A stretch of DNA of 64,000 nt from Octopus sinensis (GCF_006345805.1 NC_043017.1:1550001-1614000), one strand, 5' to 3'; shown: positions 24,651-39,263, counted from the stretch's first letter. A program made the numbers and translations. Notes: generated by a model not told the origin, from the letters alone.

Positions 24651-26094
24651 TAGTTGACTATATTTTATTCGTTTCTATTAGCATAACATTGTATGTCATG
24701 TACACCCTCCTCTTAGTCTTTTTGGTTTAATATTTCTACATTTCGATTTCGATTTCGATTTCTCAATTATTGTCCTTTGGGCTTCAAAATCTTTTGACGG
24801 TACATTTTTCTCTTAAACTGTTGCATTTGTAGGTTTTTTACTTCTAAACATTTTTGTTTAAGAACTATAAAACTGGTAGGAAAGGACTTTTAGCAGTATG
24901 AGATATATAGAGAATTGCTTTCTTTTATTAATGTTTTTTTTTGTGATTTAAAAAAATATCTGCAATTCAGTAGCAATTGTATTTAAACGTTTTTCTCTTC
25001 TGCCAGTGCTTTTAATGTATGTACATCCTAGCATAATCTTAAATACTTTTACGCCCACCCACAAATATATCGAACAATACTTTCCCACATGCTATTTCAT
25101 AAAGACACAGTTTCTAAAATCTATATTATTACATCAAAAATCGTGTGTCTCTGAAGCAATTTCTGAAAACTATAATATTTAGTAACGCAAACTCTGCCAA
25201 GCATTGTATTGTAAAAATACAATCACACATATTTTTAAAACAACAGAAATTCTTGGAAAAATATTCAAAGAGAGGCCATATTATTATCATAACGAACATT
25301 TTTTTCCAACTCGTTTTCATCCATTAACATACACGTTAATATTAGGTCAACTGCTTCTTCTTCCGGTTTTATCCTAAAATCAATGATGGGACACGGCAAA
25401 CATAACTCTATGCTATAAAATTCCCATCGTTTATCACGACATTATTTTTTATAGTATGAACGAAGCACATTTATATCCCTTCCATAATCAGGAAAACATA
25501 AAAAATTGGAACTTTAATTATTTAGTTAGAATATCGATTTTTCAAGAAAATTATTATAACCATGCTATCGAAAATGGCGGTTATTTCACTCATATTTTAT
25601 TGACACAGTTTTTCTTTAATATTTCTACATTTTATGATATTTCGATTTCGCAATGGTTGTCCTTAGGGCTTCAAACTTCTTTTAGACTGTAGATTTTTCT
25701 CTTAAAATATTTTGAAGGACATACAAGGCATGTTATATTCATTTATTCATTCATGTTTAATACAATATGATGTCTTTTATAAAAAATAAAATGTGCCGAC
25801 GATTAGAGTAATTTATCATCATTAGACATATTTTAAACAGGACCAACGCATTAGATCACGAGCTCAGCGAATCGCTACCAAGTCCAGGTGACGCATTGTT
25901 TCCTTTGGGTCGGCACTTTCACGTTCGAAGAAGCTGTTCAGCACAAATAAGTCGTAGTTGAGTGAGGGTCTACCTTTCTCTCACACCAGCTGTCATATCT
26001 TTCTGGGGCAATTAAGTCGAATGTCAGAGGAGCGATATTGTGTCTATAACCGTTCATAAAATACTGAAAGTGTACTTCATGCTATGAACAATTA

Positions 26095-27705
<1,611 letters not shown>

Positions 27706-27714
27706 GAAATCATG

Positions 27715-27835
27715 TTGTTTATTCTATTGATTCCCTTTTCTGAACCACTAAGTTACAGGGACGTAAAAAGCCCCACCACCACCACCGGTTGTCAAGCGCT
27801 GGTGGTGTGGAGCAAACACAGACACGCAAACACAT
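27715..27835 (-). mobile_element. SINE family B 3' fragment
   Basis: CTGAACCACTAAGTTACAGGGACGTAAA...CACCGGTTGTCAAGCGCTGGTGG. Confidence 0.7.
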
Positions 27836-27919
27836 TAGACACACAGACATATATATGTATATATATGGTGTGTGTGAGTGTGTGTGTGTGTATATATATA
27901 TATAATATATATATATGCA

Positions 27920-27982
<63 letters not shown>

Positions 27983-28254
27983 ATGTGTGTGTGTGTGTGT
28001 GTGTATAATGTGGATTTCTGAACAACTTAAGTTATCTTATATGTAACATTTCCTAATTTCACAAGTCTAACGTATAATCTAATCTATTCTAAAGGACAAT
28101 TAACTTAACATTCTTACATACATTTATTGCACACGCAATATAAGTAAACTTCTCTCGCTTTTAGTAACTTTCAGATGCCTTTGCCGTGTTAACCGATATA
28201 GATCCTAACCTTCTGGTCATTTAGTAGTCATTCCTTTTCTTCTATATTAATTTC

Positions 28255-28450
28255 ATTTCTTTCGGTCATTAACTGCGGACATAATTGGGCACCGCATTGA
28301 ACATTTCCAGTCGAACGGAGATGGAAGTACTAATTTTCCTTAAGCCAGGTATTTCTTTTATCGTTCTCCTTTGCTGAATCGTTAGTTTACGGTGTCGTAA
28401 AGACCAAAATCGGTTGTGAAGTGATGGTGAGAAACAGAGACACAAGACAC
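28255..28450 (-). mobile_element. SINE family B 3' half, diverged
   Basis: GGTCATTAACTGCGGACAT...GCACCGC...AAGCCAGGTA...ATCGGTTGTGAAGTGATGGTG. Confidence 0.65.
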
Positions 28451-28521
28451 CTACACATACAGTCACACGCTTGCACGTACGCACACACGAATACACACAA
28501 AAATATACACATACAATCATG

Positions 28522-28555
<34 letters not shown>

Positions 28556-28605
28556 CTCACATAAATGCATACATTCTTATATAGATTCATATATACATAC
28601 ATAAA

Positions 28606-28881
28606 TCTATATATATAAAGCTGAAGTTGTCTGTGTGTGTGTGTGTGGCAACTTTAGTAGCCTTCAACTAACACTATGACCTCCGAGACCCTGCGGCGCA
28701 AGTTGATCAAAATTGAGAGTATGATAGAAGGCTTGCTCTATTCCGTGGAAGAAAAAATTCAAATGGGACAATGTTTACGCCAGAAATTATTTACATCGAA
28801 AAGGTGCTTTTTTTCCTATGAAAATCTCTATTTTTTTACGATTTTTTGACTGCTGTATCGCAATTTTTCGGTGTATTTCAA
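28606..28881 (+). mobile_element. Non-autonomous Helitron-like 5' portion
   Basis: Begins A|TCTATATATATAAAG followed by a short (TG)n, the usual 5'-TC start of small Helitrons. No matching CTAG end nearby. Confidence 0.45.
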
Positions 28882-29082
28882 AAACAATTGAAGTCGGCAT
28901 TACTTCAATTGTTGTTCAATTTGCAGCACATTCAGAGCAAACTCGAACCCGCTTTTGTCTCCTTATCGCACAGAATTGCCCATAGCTGATCTCTTCACCA
29001 TCTGATCTCTTCAGGAATCTGTTTTTAGATTCCTGTGGAATTTAATCTATTCACCAAGCTGTCTTTCTTGCCCCTACAATTC

Positions 29083-29148
<66 letters not shown>

Positions 29149-29560
29149 GTTTTTTCCTTCTTTCTTCAAATTTTCTTCCGTTTCTCGCCAAGTGTTTTCC
29201 ATACACCTAGGGCAGAGAAGGGCATTGTATGCATTCCCAGATTACACGCGCAAATTCACAGATAACATATGTATTTAAAAATTAATAAATAAATAAATTC
29301 ATGGATGGATGTTATTTTCACAGCGATAGTGCTCTTCTCAGTACATGAGCCGTTCCAGTTAATACGATTTTTTGCACTTCTTGTAGGGATGGTAAGCCTG
29401 GAATAATTTTCAAATAGGCTTCAGTACCTTTTTTTATCATTCCTAGAGCGCCTACAATCACTGGTACTGTAGTCGCCTTGAGATGCCACATTTTTTCAAT
29501 TTCCATTAGCAGGTCTTTATATTTACTAATCTTGTCAAATTCTCTCGCCGCTATATTGCT
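29149..29560 (-). mobile_element. 5'-truncated Dong/R4-clade retrotransposon: RLE C-terminus plus 3' UTR, inserted in (TAA)n
   Basis: Stop-free SNIAAREFDKISKYKDLLMEIEKMWHLKATTVPVIVGALGMIKKGTEAYLKIIPGLPSLQEVQKIVLTGTAHVLRRALSL* (stop at 29318), ~170-nt 3' UTR, and (TAA)n on both sides. Confidence 0.85.
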
Positions 29561-29561
29561 A

Positions 29562-29665
<104 letters not shown>

Positions 29666-30209
29666 GTTATTATTATTAACTATTATCATTATTATGACAA
29701 TCAATAATCACATGACTAAGCGAAAAAGAAAACTAAAAATGGCTGCGTCAGTTTTTGGATAGATTTGGCGTAGTTGCGATAAGTGGAAGGGATACCATAA
29801 TTTTCCTCGTATTTTTTTTATGAATGGAGCAAAGCTGGTGATATGATTAGATAGTTAGAACATCAATTAAGTTCTCTCTGTTTTGCCGTGACAGGAAGAA
29901 ATAATTGTACGCTTCTCTGTTTGTCTCTGATCACTGCGCAGAACAAAACAGACAAGAACGTTCAAGTGGTTTGTGCACTGTGCACATGCGCACGCACAAG
30001 CTTGCACTTACGCATCCAGATACGCAAACGCTGATATACATGCATAAATATATACAGAAAAACATGTACACATCAACTCATTTTGAAACACAGACCCATT
30101 CGCCTGTTGCCTTATATGTATGTTTGGGTGAATGCATACGTATCTATCTCTATATTTATCGATCTATCTGTCTGTCTGTCTTTCTGTCAATCTATCTATA
30201 CACACACAC

Positions 30210-30273
<64 letters not shown>

Positions 30274-30416
30274 TACGTGTGTGTGTGTGTGTATGTATAT
30301 TTTCAGCAAAATTTAAAACGGATGTAATACAGTGTTTAATAAAATGAAGTAGCATGAAACAATTGTACTACTCTACTTTGGATATCCTTATTGCTTATTT
30401 TGATTATATATGTATA

Positions 30417-30453
<37 letters not shown>

Positions 30454-30922
30454 GTGTGTGTGTGTGTGTGTTCAGGTATATATTCATATATGCAAGCATA
30501 CATATATATATATAGTTATATACACACTGACACGCATACAAACGCTAAATACGTATAGATATTCACTTACAGGACCCATAAAAATGCACACACACACACA
30601 CACTGTCTCTCTCTCACACACACTGTCTCTCTCTCTCACACACAAACACACAGGTGCACGGATTCGCCTGTAATGATTAGCATCAGGATTAAAGCTAGTA
30701 TAATAATTTCCAGTTTGTATGATACGAGCGAGACTCTTCCGTTCCATTCTGTTTTATTCATTCACAAATCTAATCGCTGTTATCATAGTTCTCACTCATT
30801 CGATTTATTCTATGCTGGTCATTCCAAGATTTCAATGATGAATGCCGCGCATTTATTGAAATGCAGATATGAGCATTCGCATGCAACATTTATGCGTATA
30901 TATATCTCTCTCCTCTATCTCT

Positions 30923-31026
<104 letters not shown>

Positions 31027-31030
31027 TATA

Positions 31031-32168
31031 TATTGTTTTTTGTTTTTTTTTATATCTGTCCCTTTTTCTGTCCTGGTGTTCGTATGCATTCGATCCTTCT
31101 TCCAGGAAATCTACGCTTCCAGCTTAGTTTTTCTAATGCTCGTTGCTTAGTTTTTCTTGGAGGGCTGGCCGTGATCTAGTAATCTCAAGATTAATCAGCC
31201 GAAATTACTACGATGATCCGGTTCTTGACTGAAGACTGAGGGTTTCGAGTGTCCTGTCCGTGTTTATTGTGTCGTCTTCTAAGAGTTATACGTTCTTGTC
31301 CATGTTGTATTTTTCTACATACCTTAACATATATTCCAGGCGCCCCGTACCCCCCTTATCATTAATGTGAGCACATATTCTTAATAATTGGTACGACTCT
31401 CTGTTTGTCTCTCTCTCTCTCTCATTTTTACTTGATCTGTCCCCCTCTCTCTCTTTTCTCTCTACTCATCCTCTTTTTCTCTTCTCTTTCCTCTGATTCT
31501 TTGGTCTAGTCTTCCACTACCCTCCTATTTCTTTGTCTCGCTCTGCACTCACAGGTCATTCTTCGACACCCATCCCTTCTCCTCTCTGATTCCTTCTTTC
31601 TCTCTCTTCTCTCTCTTTGTTGCGTTTGTCCCTCCTCTCTCTCTCTCTTCCTTTGCTTCTCTTTCTTTTCTTTTCCCTCTTCTCTGTCACGTGACTGTTG
31701 GCCGAAATCTGCCTTTCAGCTCCTGACCCTCGTCGTGTTAACATCGTTGTTTTTCGTCCGCCGCTATAAAGGCTTCTTCCAATGCGCCAGAGAAAAAATT
31801 TGTTTGCTTGTATCAGTCGTAAGACACTTGTTGTTTTCACCGTTAATGCTTCTGTATTTCATGTTTCTGTATTCCATTATTGTTTTTTGTTTTTTTATAT
31901 CTGTCCCTTTTGCTGTCCTGGTGTTCGTATGCATTCGATCCTTCTTCCAGGAAATCTACGCTTCCAGCTTAGTTTTTCTAATGCTCGTTGCTTAGTTTTT
32001 CTTGGAGGGCTGGCCGTGATCTAGTAATCTCAAGATTAATCAGCCGAAATTACTACGATGATCCGGTTCTTGACTGAAGACTGAGGGTTTCGAGTGTCCT
32101 GTCCGTGTTTATTGTGTCGTCTTCTAAGAGTTATACGTTCTTGTCCATGTTGTATTTTTCTACATACC

Positions 32169-32172
<4 letters not shown>
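31031..32172. mobile_element. Non-coding element with ~295-bp direct terminal repeats, embedded in (TA)n
   Basis: 31031-31327 and 31878-32172 are nearly identical. The ~550-bp interior is CT-rich. No TG...CA ends and no ORF. Confidence 0.7.
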
Positions 32173-32208
<36 letters not shown>

Positions 32209-32379
32209 GTGTGTGTGTGCGTGTGTGTGGGTGTGTGTGAGTGTGTTTATGAATGTGTGTATGTGTATATATAATATGTATACGAACTATGTGTGTGTAA
32301 ATTATATATTCATAATCCATGCATACATACATGTGCCCATATAGAGTCACATACATGTTTCCGTTCATCTATATCTGTA

Positions 32380-32546
32380 GGCGCAGGAGTGGTTGTGTGG
32401 TAAGTAGCTTACTTACCAACAACATGGTTACGGGTTCAATCCGACTGCGTGGCACCTTGGGCAAGTGTTTTCTACTCTTTCCTCGGACCGACCAAAGCCT
32501 TGTGAGTGGATTTGTTAGGCGGAAACTGAAAGAAGCCCGTCGTATA
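32380..32546 (+). mobile_element. SINE family B 5' half (tRNA head plus CORE-like segment)
   Basis: GGCGCAGGAGTGGTTGTGTGG (A-box-like), GGGTTCAATCC (B-box), GGCACCTTGGGCAAGTG (recalls the CORE motif ACCTTGGGCAAGT). Confidence 0.85.
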
Positions 32547-32815
32547 TATGTTTGTGTTCTCCCAGTCAACAGCCTTATCATTACTGGTACTTTAACCTCT
32601 TCGGTTGCATTTGTGTGAATAAAATCGTTTTTCTTTGGAATAGAAAAAAGTCTCAAATTTAGGTTAAATGAGTTTTTCTCAAAGAGGAGGCCTATGGGAC
32701 GGTCGGACAAGTTGTTTTGAGAAAATTTTGTTTAAATGTTTGACAACTCAGCACCGTCCATTGGACAGAGTGGCGTTTTGCTCGTATATACATATATATA
32801 TATATATATATACAT

Positions 32816-32885
<70 letters not shown>

Positions 32886-33314
32886 TATATATATATATAT
32901 ATATGAGTACAATGCATGTAACGATGCATACAGTTGAAATGAAGACATCCCAAAATAAGACAAGCTCTAGTTTAAAATGGAATACCAACGGCATTATTGA
33001 GTCTCCAGAGAAAGTATCCCACAATGTGATATTGTGATGCAATGTGACAATATTTGGCACAGAGTGTCTTATTATGCTGAAATATTTACTACGTAATTCA
33101 ACTCTAGGCACACGATATAACTATAGGTTGTCTAATACCTTAAATATTTAGGCGTAGACAAGGTTACGGATTTAAGAACAGCAATTTCCAACCATTTAGA
33201 CTCGGTTTAATCAACTAGTTAGCACCTTGGCAGGTGTCCTCTATCGTAGCTTCGTACCGACCAATGCGATATAAATTAATTGGATAGAGGAGTAACTGTG
33301 TGTGATGCGCTTCA

Positions 33315-33532
33315 TGTGTGTGTGTGTTTGTGCTTTTGTTCCCCCCTCCCGCCACCGCTTGACAAACGGAATTGGTTTGTTTCTGTCTCCATAAGCTTGT
33401 TGTTTGGCAAATAAGACCGATGCAAAAAATACCAACTTAGACATCAAAACTACATCCTGGCGTCGAGTTGTGGGTCGAAACCCTTGAAAGTATTTCCCAG
33501 ATGGCTGCAGTTCAAAGTAGAAAAAAAGATGA
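33315..33532 (+). mobile_element. SINE family B 3' half, diverged
   Basis: CCACCGCTTGACAAACGG...GGCAAATAAGACCGAT...CCCTTGAAAG...ATGGCTGCAGTTC. Confidence 0.65.
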
Positions 33533-33762
33533 AAATATTTGTGCAAAATATTGCCTAACTTCATGCTCTAATTTTCAATAGTCTCTTCTGTTTAGCTTTA
33601 TCTATACATCACACCATTACATATATTATCGATCTTTCATTTAGTGTTATCGATAAGTCGATTTGCACCAACAAACGTCTCGCAATAATTGCGAAAATTC
33701 TCATAATCTGATTACCGTAATAGTTTATTCTCACATGTTCGTCTACAATTCTATTTTCTCAG

Positions 33763-33778
33763 ATTGATGGCGACGAAA
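33763..33778 (+). other. Candidate 16-nt microexon
   Basis: Branch-like CTCAC at ~33730, TTCTATTTTCTCAG acceptor, exon ATTGATGGCGACGAAA, perfect GTGAGT donor. Reads IDGDE (phase 0 to 1) or MATK from the ATG at 33767. Confidence 0.4.
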
Positions 33779-33969
33779 GTGAGTGCTATAGTAATGCTGT
33801 TTGTATTTTCTTTGCTTTCTTTTTTCACAAGAAATTCTCCGTAAATTTTGATCTTAATATTTCGATTATTTCCGTATATCTTTAATCATTACACACATTC
33901 CGCAACAACTCACCTGTATAAATAAAGCGCACAATAACTTAAGTTTAACTCGAAAACAGCGCGTTGTTT

Positions 33970-34300
33970 AGCTTTACGAAAACATTTCAAAAAACAGTTG
34001 AAACGCCAGCTGACCCAGGCAGGGATAGATAACTGGAGTGAGTTGCATCGCAGAATTATGTGGGGTAAGATTGCATCCAGACCGTTGCATGAAATTGTAA
34101 GCAAGCCAGAACAACTACTGCAGATGAGAACAGCCAAAAAGGAAGGAGTCGTCTCCAAGAGTCCCATCTGACCAAAGCCTACATATTTGCCCCCAGTGCA
34201 TCAGAACTTGTCGCTTAAGGATCGATCTACATAGGCGCTTAAGGCCTACTCGGCTTCCTCGTGATCCCCGGACAGGACGAACTGTCACCATCATTATATT
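33970..34300 (+). mobile_element. RTE-clade LINE 3' end, decayed
   Basis: LRKHFKKQLKRQLTQAGIDNW and YICPQCIRTCRLRIDLHRRL match the RTE C-terminal KRFKD.LK and CP.C.R.C..RI.L..H motifs. Confidence 0.7.
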
Positions 34301-34714
34301 CCAATATGTATCCGCACGTTATTATCAGGATTATTAATTAAATGAGCATCCCAGCAATTAAAGGGAATTTTCCCTTTTGCCTGTCCTGTGTATCACTTGT
34401 GATAAACAAAGCATATTTAGCTGGTGTCTATGGACTTATGAAAGGAAATCTAGTCATTATACAGAACATACGAATCAAGGGTTTAATGTGTGAAAATAAC
34501 CATGGATGTTCACGACAAACGTATGAAAATGCTTTAGGCAGGTAAAGCGTTAATTAAGGGCATCTAGAAGGGGGGAAAATCAATCTTAATGATCTCGGTT
34601 TGGACTTATAAAAAAAATAAACGAAATACAAAACACTTAAGGATCCGCCATGCAGCTACCTTCTCTTATAAATAATGACTGCAAACATGGATATAACATC
34701 TGAAAACTCTCTGA

Positions 34715-34860
34715 AGCGAACATTCAATCATATCGAACTCAGTACTTATTTGGTACTTTCTTTGATCGATTTTGTTATGATTAATGGCAAAGTTGACCTC
34801 AGCAGGATTTGAGATTAGAATGTGTGGTTCACGGATAGAAAAGCTAGCTTTGCAGCCATG
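34715..34860 (-). mobile_element. SINE family A fragment, strongly diverged
   Basis: CAGTACTTATTTGGTAC...GGCAAAGTTGACCTCAGCAGGATTTGA. Confidence 0.55.
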
Positions 34861-36080
34861 GGGTTTTTGTTTCAGCCTCAAGTCTCCCGTCTCGGAATTT
34901 TAGAAATTCTAGTCTGTTACATACCCGAGCTGCTCAGTTAATTGTGAGTGGATTTGGTGGACGGAAATTGTGTGTGAACTCGTCTTATACACATCCTTCT
35001 GGAAAGGATGTAATCGATTAGATGAGTCTTTATTTAGGTTTACTAAGTAATTATACTACTTTCAGGAAGATAAATTGTATCTATAATGCTAAACATAGTT
35101 GCCGCAAGAATATGCTTTAGGAATAACCGGAATTCATTTCTGAAGAGTTTATTGACTTGCATCCAGAGTTACAGGTGTTAATGGAGAACATCATAACAAG
35201 AGATACTTTTCCTTCCCTTATGATAGTCAGGATTTAAAAGATTTCGAACTCATATAAATCTTTTTGAATTGAATATAATTTCTTATCAGTCATATATCGA
35301 GAGTCGTCTACTTCATCAACAGAATAACAACGCCACAGCTATTCCTTGATAAAGCAGAATTGTGATATGCACAGTTCTGAATATTCATCCAAATCGTTTA
35401 CATCCGGTAAACCCAGGAGAATCACCAGAAGTGTTAGTGTTCCTCCATCGAAGGCTAAAAATTAACGTTAGGAAGTTGCTGTTGTATGTGATGACTGATA
35501 TTAGTATGAGAGTGACGGTTACTTTTTGTTAGATTATACCTTGGTGAACTATGGACATCTCCCATCCATAGAAATTTCCCTCCTAGATAACCCTATAAAC
35601 GAACTAAATTTCCTAAATTCCCTTTCTTCTGACAGCACATTCTTCCAAATCCTCATTTAAACATTCCATAATCAACAGAAATACATGTGTCTTGCATGCA
35701 TTATTATAATGTAGAGAAGATTTCGATGCATGTTAAAGAATTTGAGAGGCACTTAACGATCGGTTTAGAAGTATTGTAGTCGTAATCTAGAGGTAATTTC
35801 AAGGCAATTATTACTTTTAATTACAAACTTAGCGTAAATGTACTTCTTGCAACTTAGGATAAAGCTGAAAATCCTTAAAGACTTAATCGAGGGTTAGCGA
35901 TGCAGGAGATTAGAATTTCCCGTGTAGAAGAGCTAATTTAAAATAAAGAGAAAAGCTACTGTGGGATATTAAAAATATGCTGATTTCACGAGACTTGTAT
36001 GACCTAAATTATCAACGCATTTAACACTACATGTCTTAGAATCCTAGCTCTATCCTACTAGTAATACTATGATTATTAAA

Positions 36081-36724
36081 GGCGGCGAGCTGGCAGAAAC
36101 GTTAGCACCCCGGGCGAAATTCTTAGCGGCATTTTGTCTGTCTTTACGTTCTGAGTTCAAATTCCGCCGAGGTCGACTTTACCTTTCATCCTTTCGAGGT
36201 CGATAGATTAAGTACCAGTTGCGTATTGGGTCGATGTAATCGACTTAATCCCTTTGTCTGTCTTTGTTTGTCCCCTCTATGTTTGGCCCCTTGTGGGAAA
36301 CAAGGAACGTTAGCACTCCGGGCGAAATTCTTAGCGGCATTTCGTCTGTTTTACGTTCTGAGTTCAAATTCTGCTTAAGTCGACTTTGCCTTTCATCCTT
36401 TCGAGGTCGATAAATTAAGTACCAGTTGCGTACTAGGGTCGATCTAATCGACTTAATCCTTTTGTCTGTCCTTGCTTGTCCCGTCAATGTTGAGCAACTT
36501 GTGGGCAATAAAGAAATAAGAAATAAGTAATACTATAATTATCTAAAGGCCGCGAGCTGGCAGAAACGTTAGCACGTCGGGCGAAATTCTTAGCGGCATT
36601 TCGTCTGTCTTTCTGAATTCAAATTCCGCCAAGGCTGTCTTTGCCTTTCATCCTTTCGGGTTCGATAAATTAAGTACCAGTTGCGTACTGGAGTCGATCT
36701 AATTGACTGGCCCCCTCCTCCAAA
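36081..36724 (+). mobile_element. Head-to-tail trio of SINE family A copies
   Basis: Copies at 36081-36300, 36306-36525 (5'-clipped) and 36548-36724 (different tail). Confidence 0.9.
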
Positions 36725-36754
36725 CCGAGGTCATGTCGTAGTGAGAATAGCATC

Positions 36755-36852
36755 TGATGTCGAAGACAATTTTGTTCAGCAGGATGGAACAAGCTCTTTC
36801 ACCAATGGCATTCAAACGCTGCAACACCGATGGAAGAAGCGTGTTAACCTCA
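36755..36852 (+). mobile_element. Mariner transposase C-terminal fragment
   Basis: DVEDNFVQQDGTSSFTNGIQTLQHRWKKRVNL resembles the mariner end F..Q...FF..GI..L..RW.KCV. Confidence 0.55.
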
Positions 36853-36939
36853 TTTGATAACATTCGTCAGAGTATCTTTTTCAGCCTATGGACTTTTGAA
36901 GCAAACCTTATAATTTCATATATGGTGATCGTCGTGAGA

Positions 36940-37190
36940 TTGACGTTATTGTTGTTTTGATGATAGGAATGATGATGCGGTCAACGATAATATTGATGGT
37001 TGATGATGATGATGACGATGATGATAACGACGACAATGATGGTGAAGGCACAGGACAGGCTGCTGATGACGACAATAGCAGTGACGATGATGATGATAGC
37101 ACTGGTGATGGTTGTGTTGGTGTTGGTCGTGGAGTCGGTGTTTGTGGTAATGGTGGCGTATAGGTTGCTGTTGGTGGCGGTAGGGATGCT
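36940..37190. repeat. GAT/GAC/GGT-rich low-complexity tract
   Basis: Direct reading. Confidence 0.85.
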
Positions 37191-37469
37191 TTCTTTTACA
37201 ACCGTTTTATCTTCGCTGTCTTTCATTTTGTCTTATACAATAATTTTTCTTTAATTTTCTTTTTTTTTTTCCTTTTCTTAGTCATTTATCGTTTTCCTGT
37301 CTCTGCAAATGAAGTTACATTTAAGAATATTTCACAGCAGAATGGTTACACCGTTTTAGAAGAAGCGATGTAACTTAAGAAATCAAAGCGGATTCCTTTA
37401 ATCTGAAGGGGATATAAGTAGAAGTATAGCGAAGAAAATCAAAGCAAACAGAAAGAGTGTGCATACACA

Positions 37470-37517
<48 letters not shown>

Positions 37518-37742
37518 CATACATTTATATATATGTGTATATGTGTATATGTATATATACATATAAATATATACATATATACAAATAAGTATACGGGCAT
37601 GTGCGTGTGCGTATATATATATATATATATATACATACACACACACAGATATATAGACACATACATACGTACATAGATGCTGACGAATACAAGTATATAG
37701 GTATATTTGTGTGCGTGTTTATATACATATACATCTCTCTCA

Positions 37743-37801
<59 letters not shown>

Positions 37802-37815
37802 TATATATAATTACA

Positions 37816-38112
37816 GAACTTGAGGCAATATAACAAAGGTTCACGAAGAAAATAGCCCCTATGCAGGATATAAGATACAGGAAAAGACTCAAGAGATTGA
37901 GACTCTATTCCCTGGAGTGTGGACGTGAAAGGCATGACGTAATATACGTGTGAAAGAGCCTGGTAGGACTCGTCCCAAGTTTTGGCATTGAGAGTTACAC
38001 TAACGCTAGAAGAGGGCACCACTGAATCTTACCAAAGATTCCAACAATGCCATCAACATATAGGACAAGTTAAAGCAATAGCCTGGACCTTAAAGGTTCA
38101 CAGCTCTTCAAT
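37816..38112 (+). mobile_element. CR1-group LINE 3' fragment, decayed
   Basis: ELEAI*QRFTKKIAPMQDIRYRKRLKRLRLYSLECGRERHDVIYV*KSLVGLVP matches LE.VQRR.TK...L.Y.ERL..L.L.SLE.RR.R.D.I..YK. Confidence 0.85.
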
Positions 38113-38582
38113 TTCACTTGATTTATTACTGTTCTTTGTTTTGAGTGGTACATTGGTATAATAGGAAGTTCGGAACCAGACGTGTACTTTCTAATGGCAA
38201 TTCCTGCTGTCGTGAAATGGCAGTGATATATCTGTTGAATTCACGGTTAATCTCATCAAAAACTCTAAGGAGATAGTGTCACTGTAATCATCAGGCATGT
38301 GGTAAAAAGCTAGCGATGCAACCTTTTATCTTTGCATTTAGTTGCACTCATTGGTCCCTTTGGGAAACAGTGTCGAGCTACGCAATATATCGTCACAGAA
38401 TTGTGTAAAACTCTGTATGTATATATAAATATATAAGTACATATATAATTTAAAAATAGGATAAAATCTTCATAAGAAATTATCAAGTAGTCAGCGTGAA
38501 AAACCTCATAAAAGAAAACAATCTGTAAATTTTTTCACTTGAAAATATTTATTTATATTATATGCCCTCTATATGATATATG

Positions 38583-38642
<60 letters not shown>

Positions 38643-38907
38643 TGTGTGTGTGTGTGTGTCTAAAGGCAGCACACTCAATCGCGTTAACAAAGGGATATGG
38701 GTTCGACTCCCACACGAATAGGAAAGCCATCTTATATTTCTTGAGAGCTCATGTGCTCCTTTATCAGACTATTTTCCTTAGTCATTGAACGGTGATCGCC
38801 ATCAGCTTTCAGCTTATATAAAAATACAATTATTATTATTTACAGGATGGGAAGAACGGCGCCGTATAGAAACCCATTTGCATATGTCTATAAATATCAA
38901 ATATATA

Positions 38908-38945
<38 letters not shown>

Positions 38946-38948
<3 letters not shown>

Positions 38949-39223
38949 GACGCAATGGCCCAGTGGTTGGGGCAACGGAATCGCGGTTTCGATTACCAGA
39001 TCGGGCGTTGTGAGTGTTTTAGAGGGAAAACACCTAAAACTCCACGAGGGTCCGGCAGGGGGTGTTGGCGATCCCTGCTGTACTCTTTCGTCGCAACTTT
39101 CTCTCACTCTTTCTTCTGTTGGGCTGCTCGCCAACGTCACTTGAAGGCTAAAACAATGCGAAGCGCATTGTGACCAGCGATGTGTAGCAACATCTGATAG
39201 CCTGGTCGCTCTCGTGATCATGA
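38946..39223 (+). mobile_element. tRNA-derived SINE family E, between (TA)n tracts
   Basis: A-box-like TGGCCCAGTGG, B-box-like GGTTTCGATTACC. Body unlike families A, B and D. Single copy in this window. Confidence 0.6.

Positions 39224-39262
<39 letters not shown>

Positions 39263-39263
<1 letters not shown>

Noticed and set aside
35370-35465. Short frame SEYSSKSFTSGKPRRITRSVSVPPSKAKN* with an RSxSxP-like motif
   Set aside because: Weak acceptor and short; such a motif can occur by chance.
36957-37163. Poly-Asp ORF
   Set aside because: Derived from (GAT)/(GAC) low complexity.
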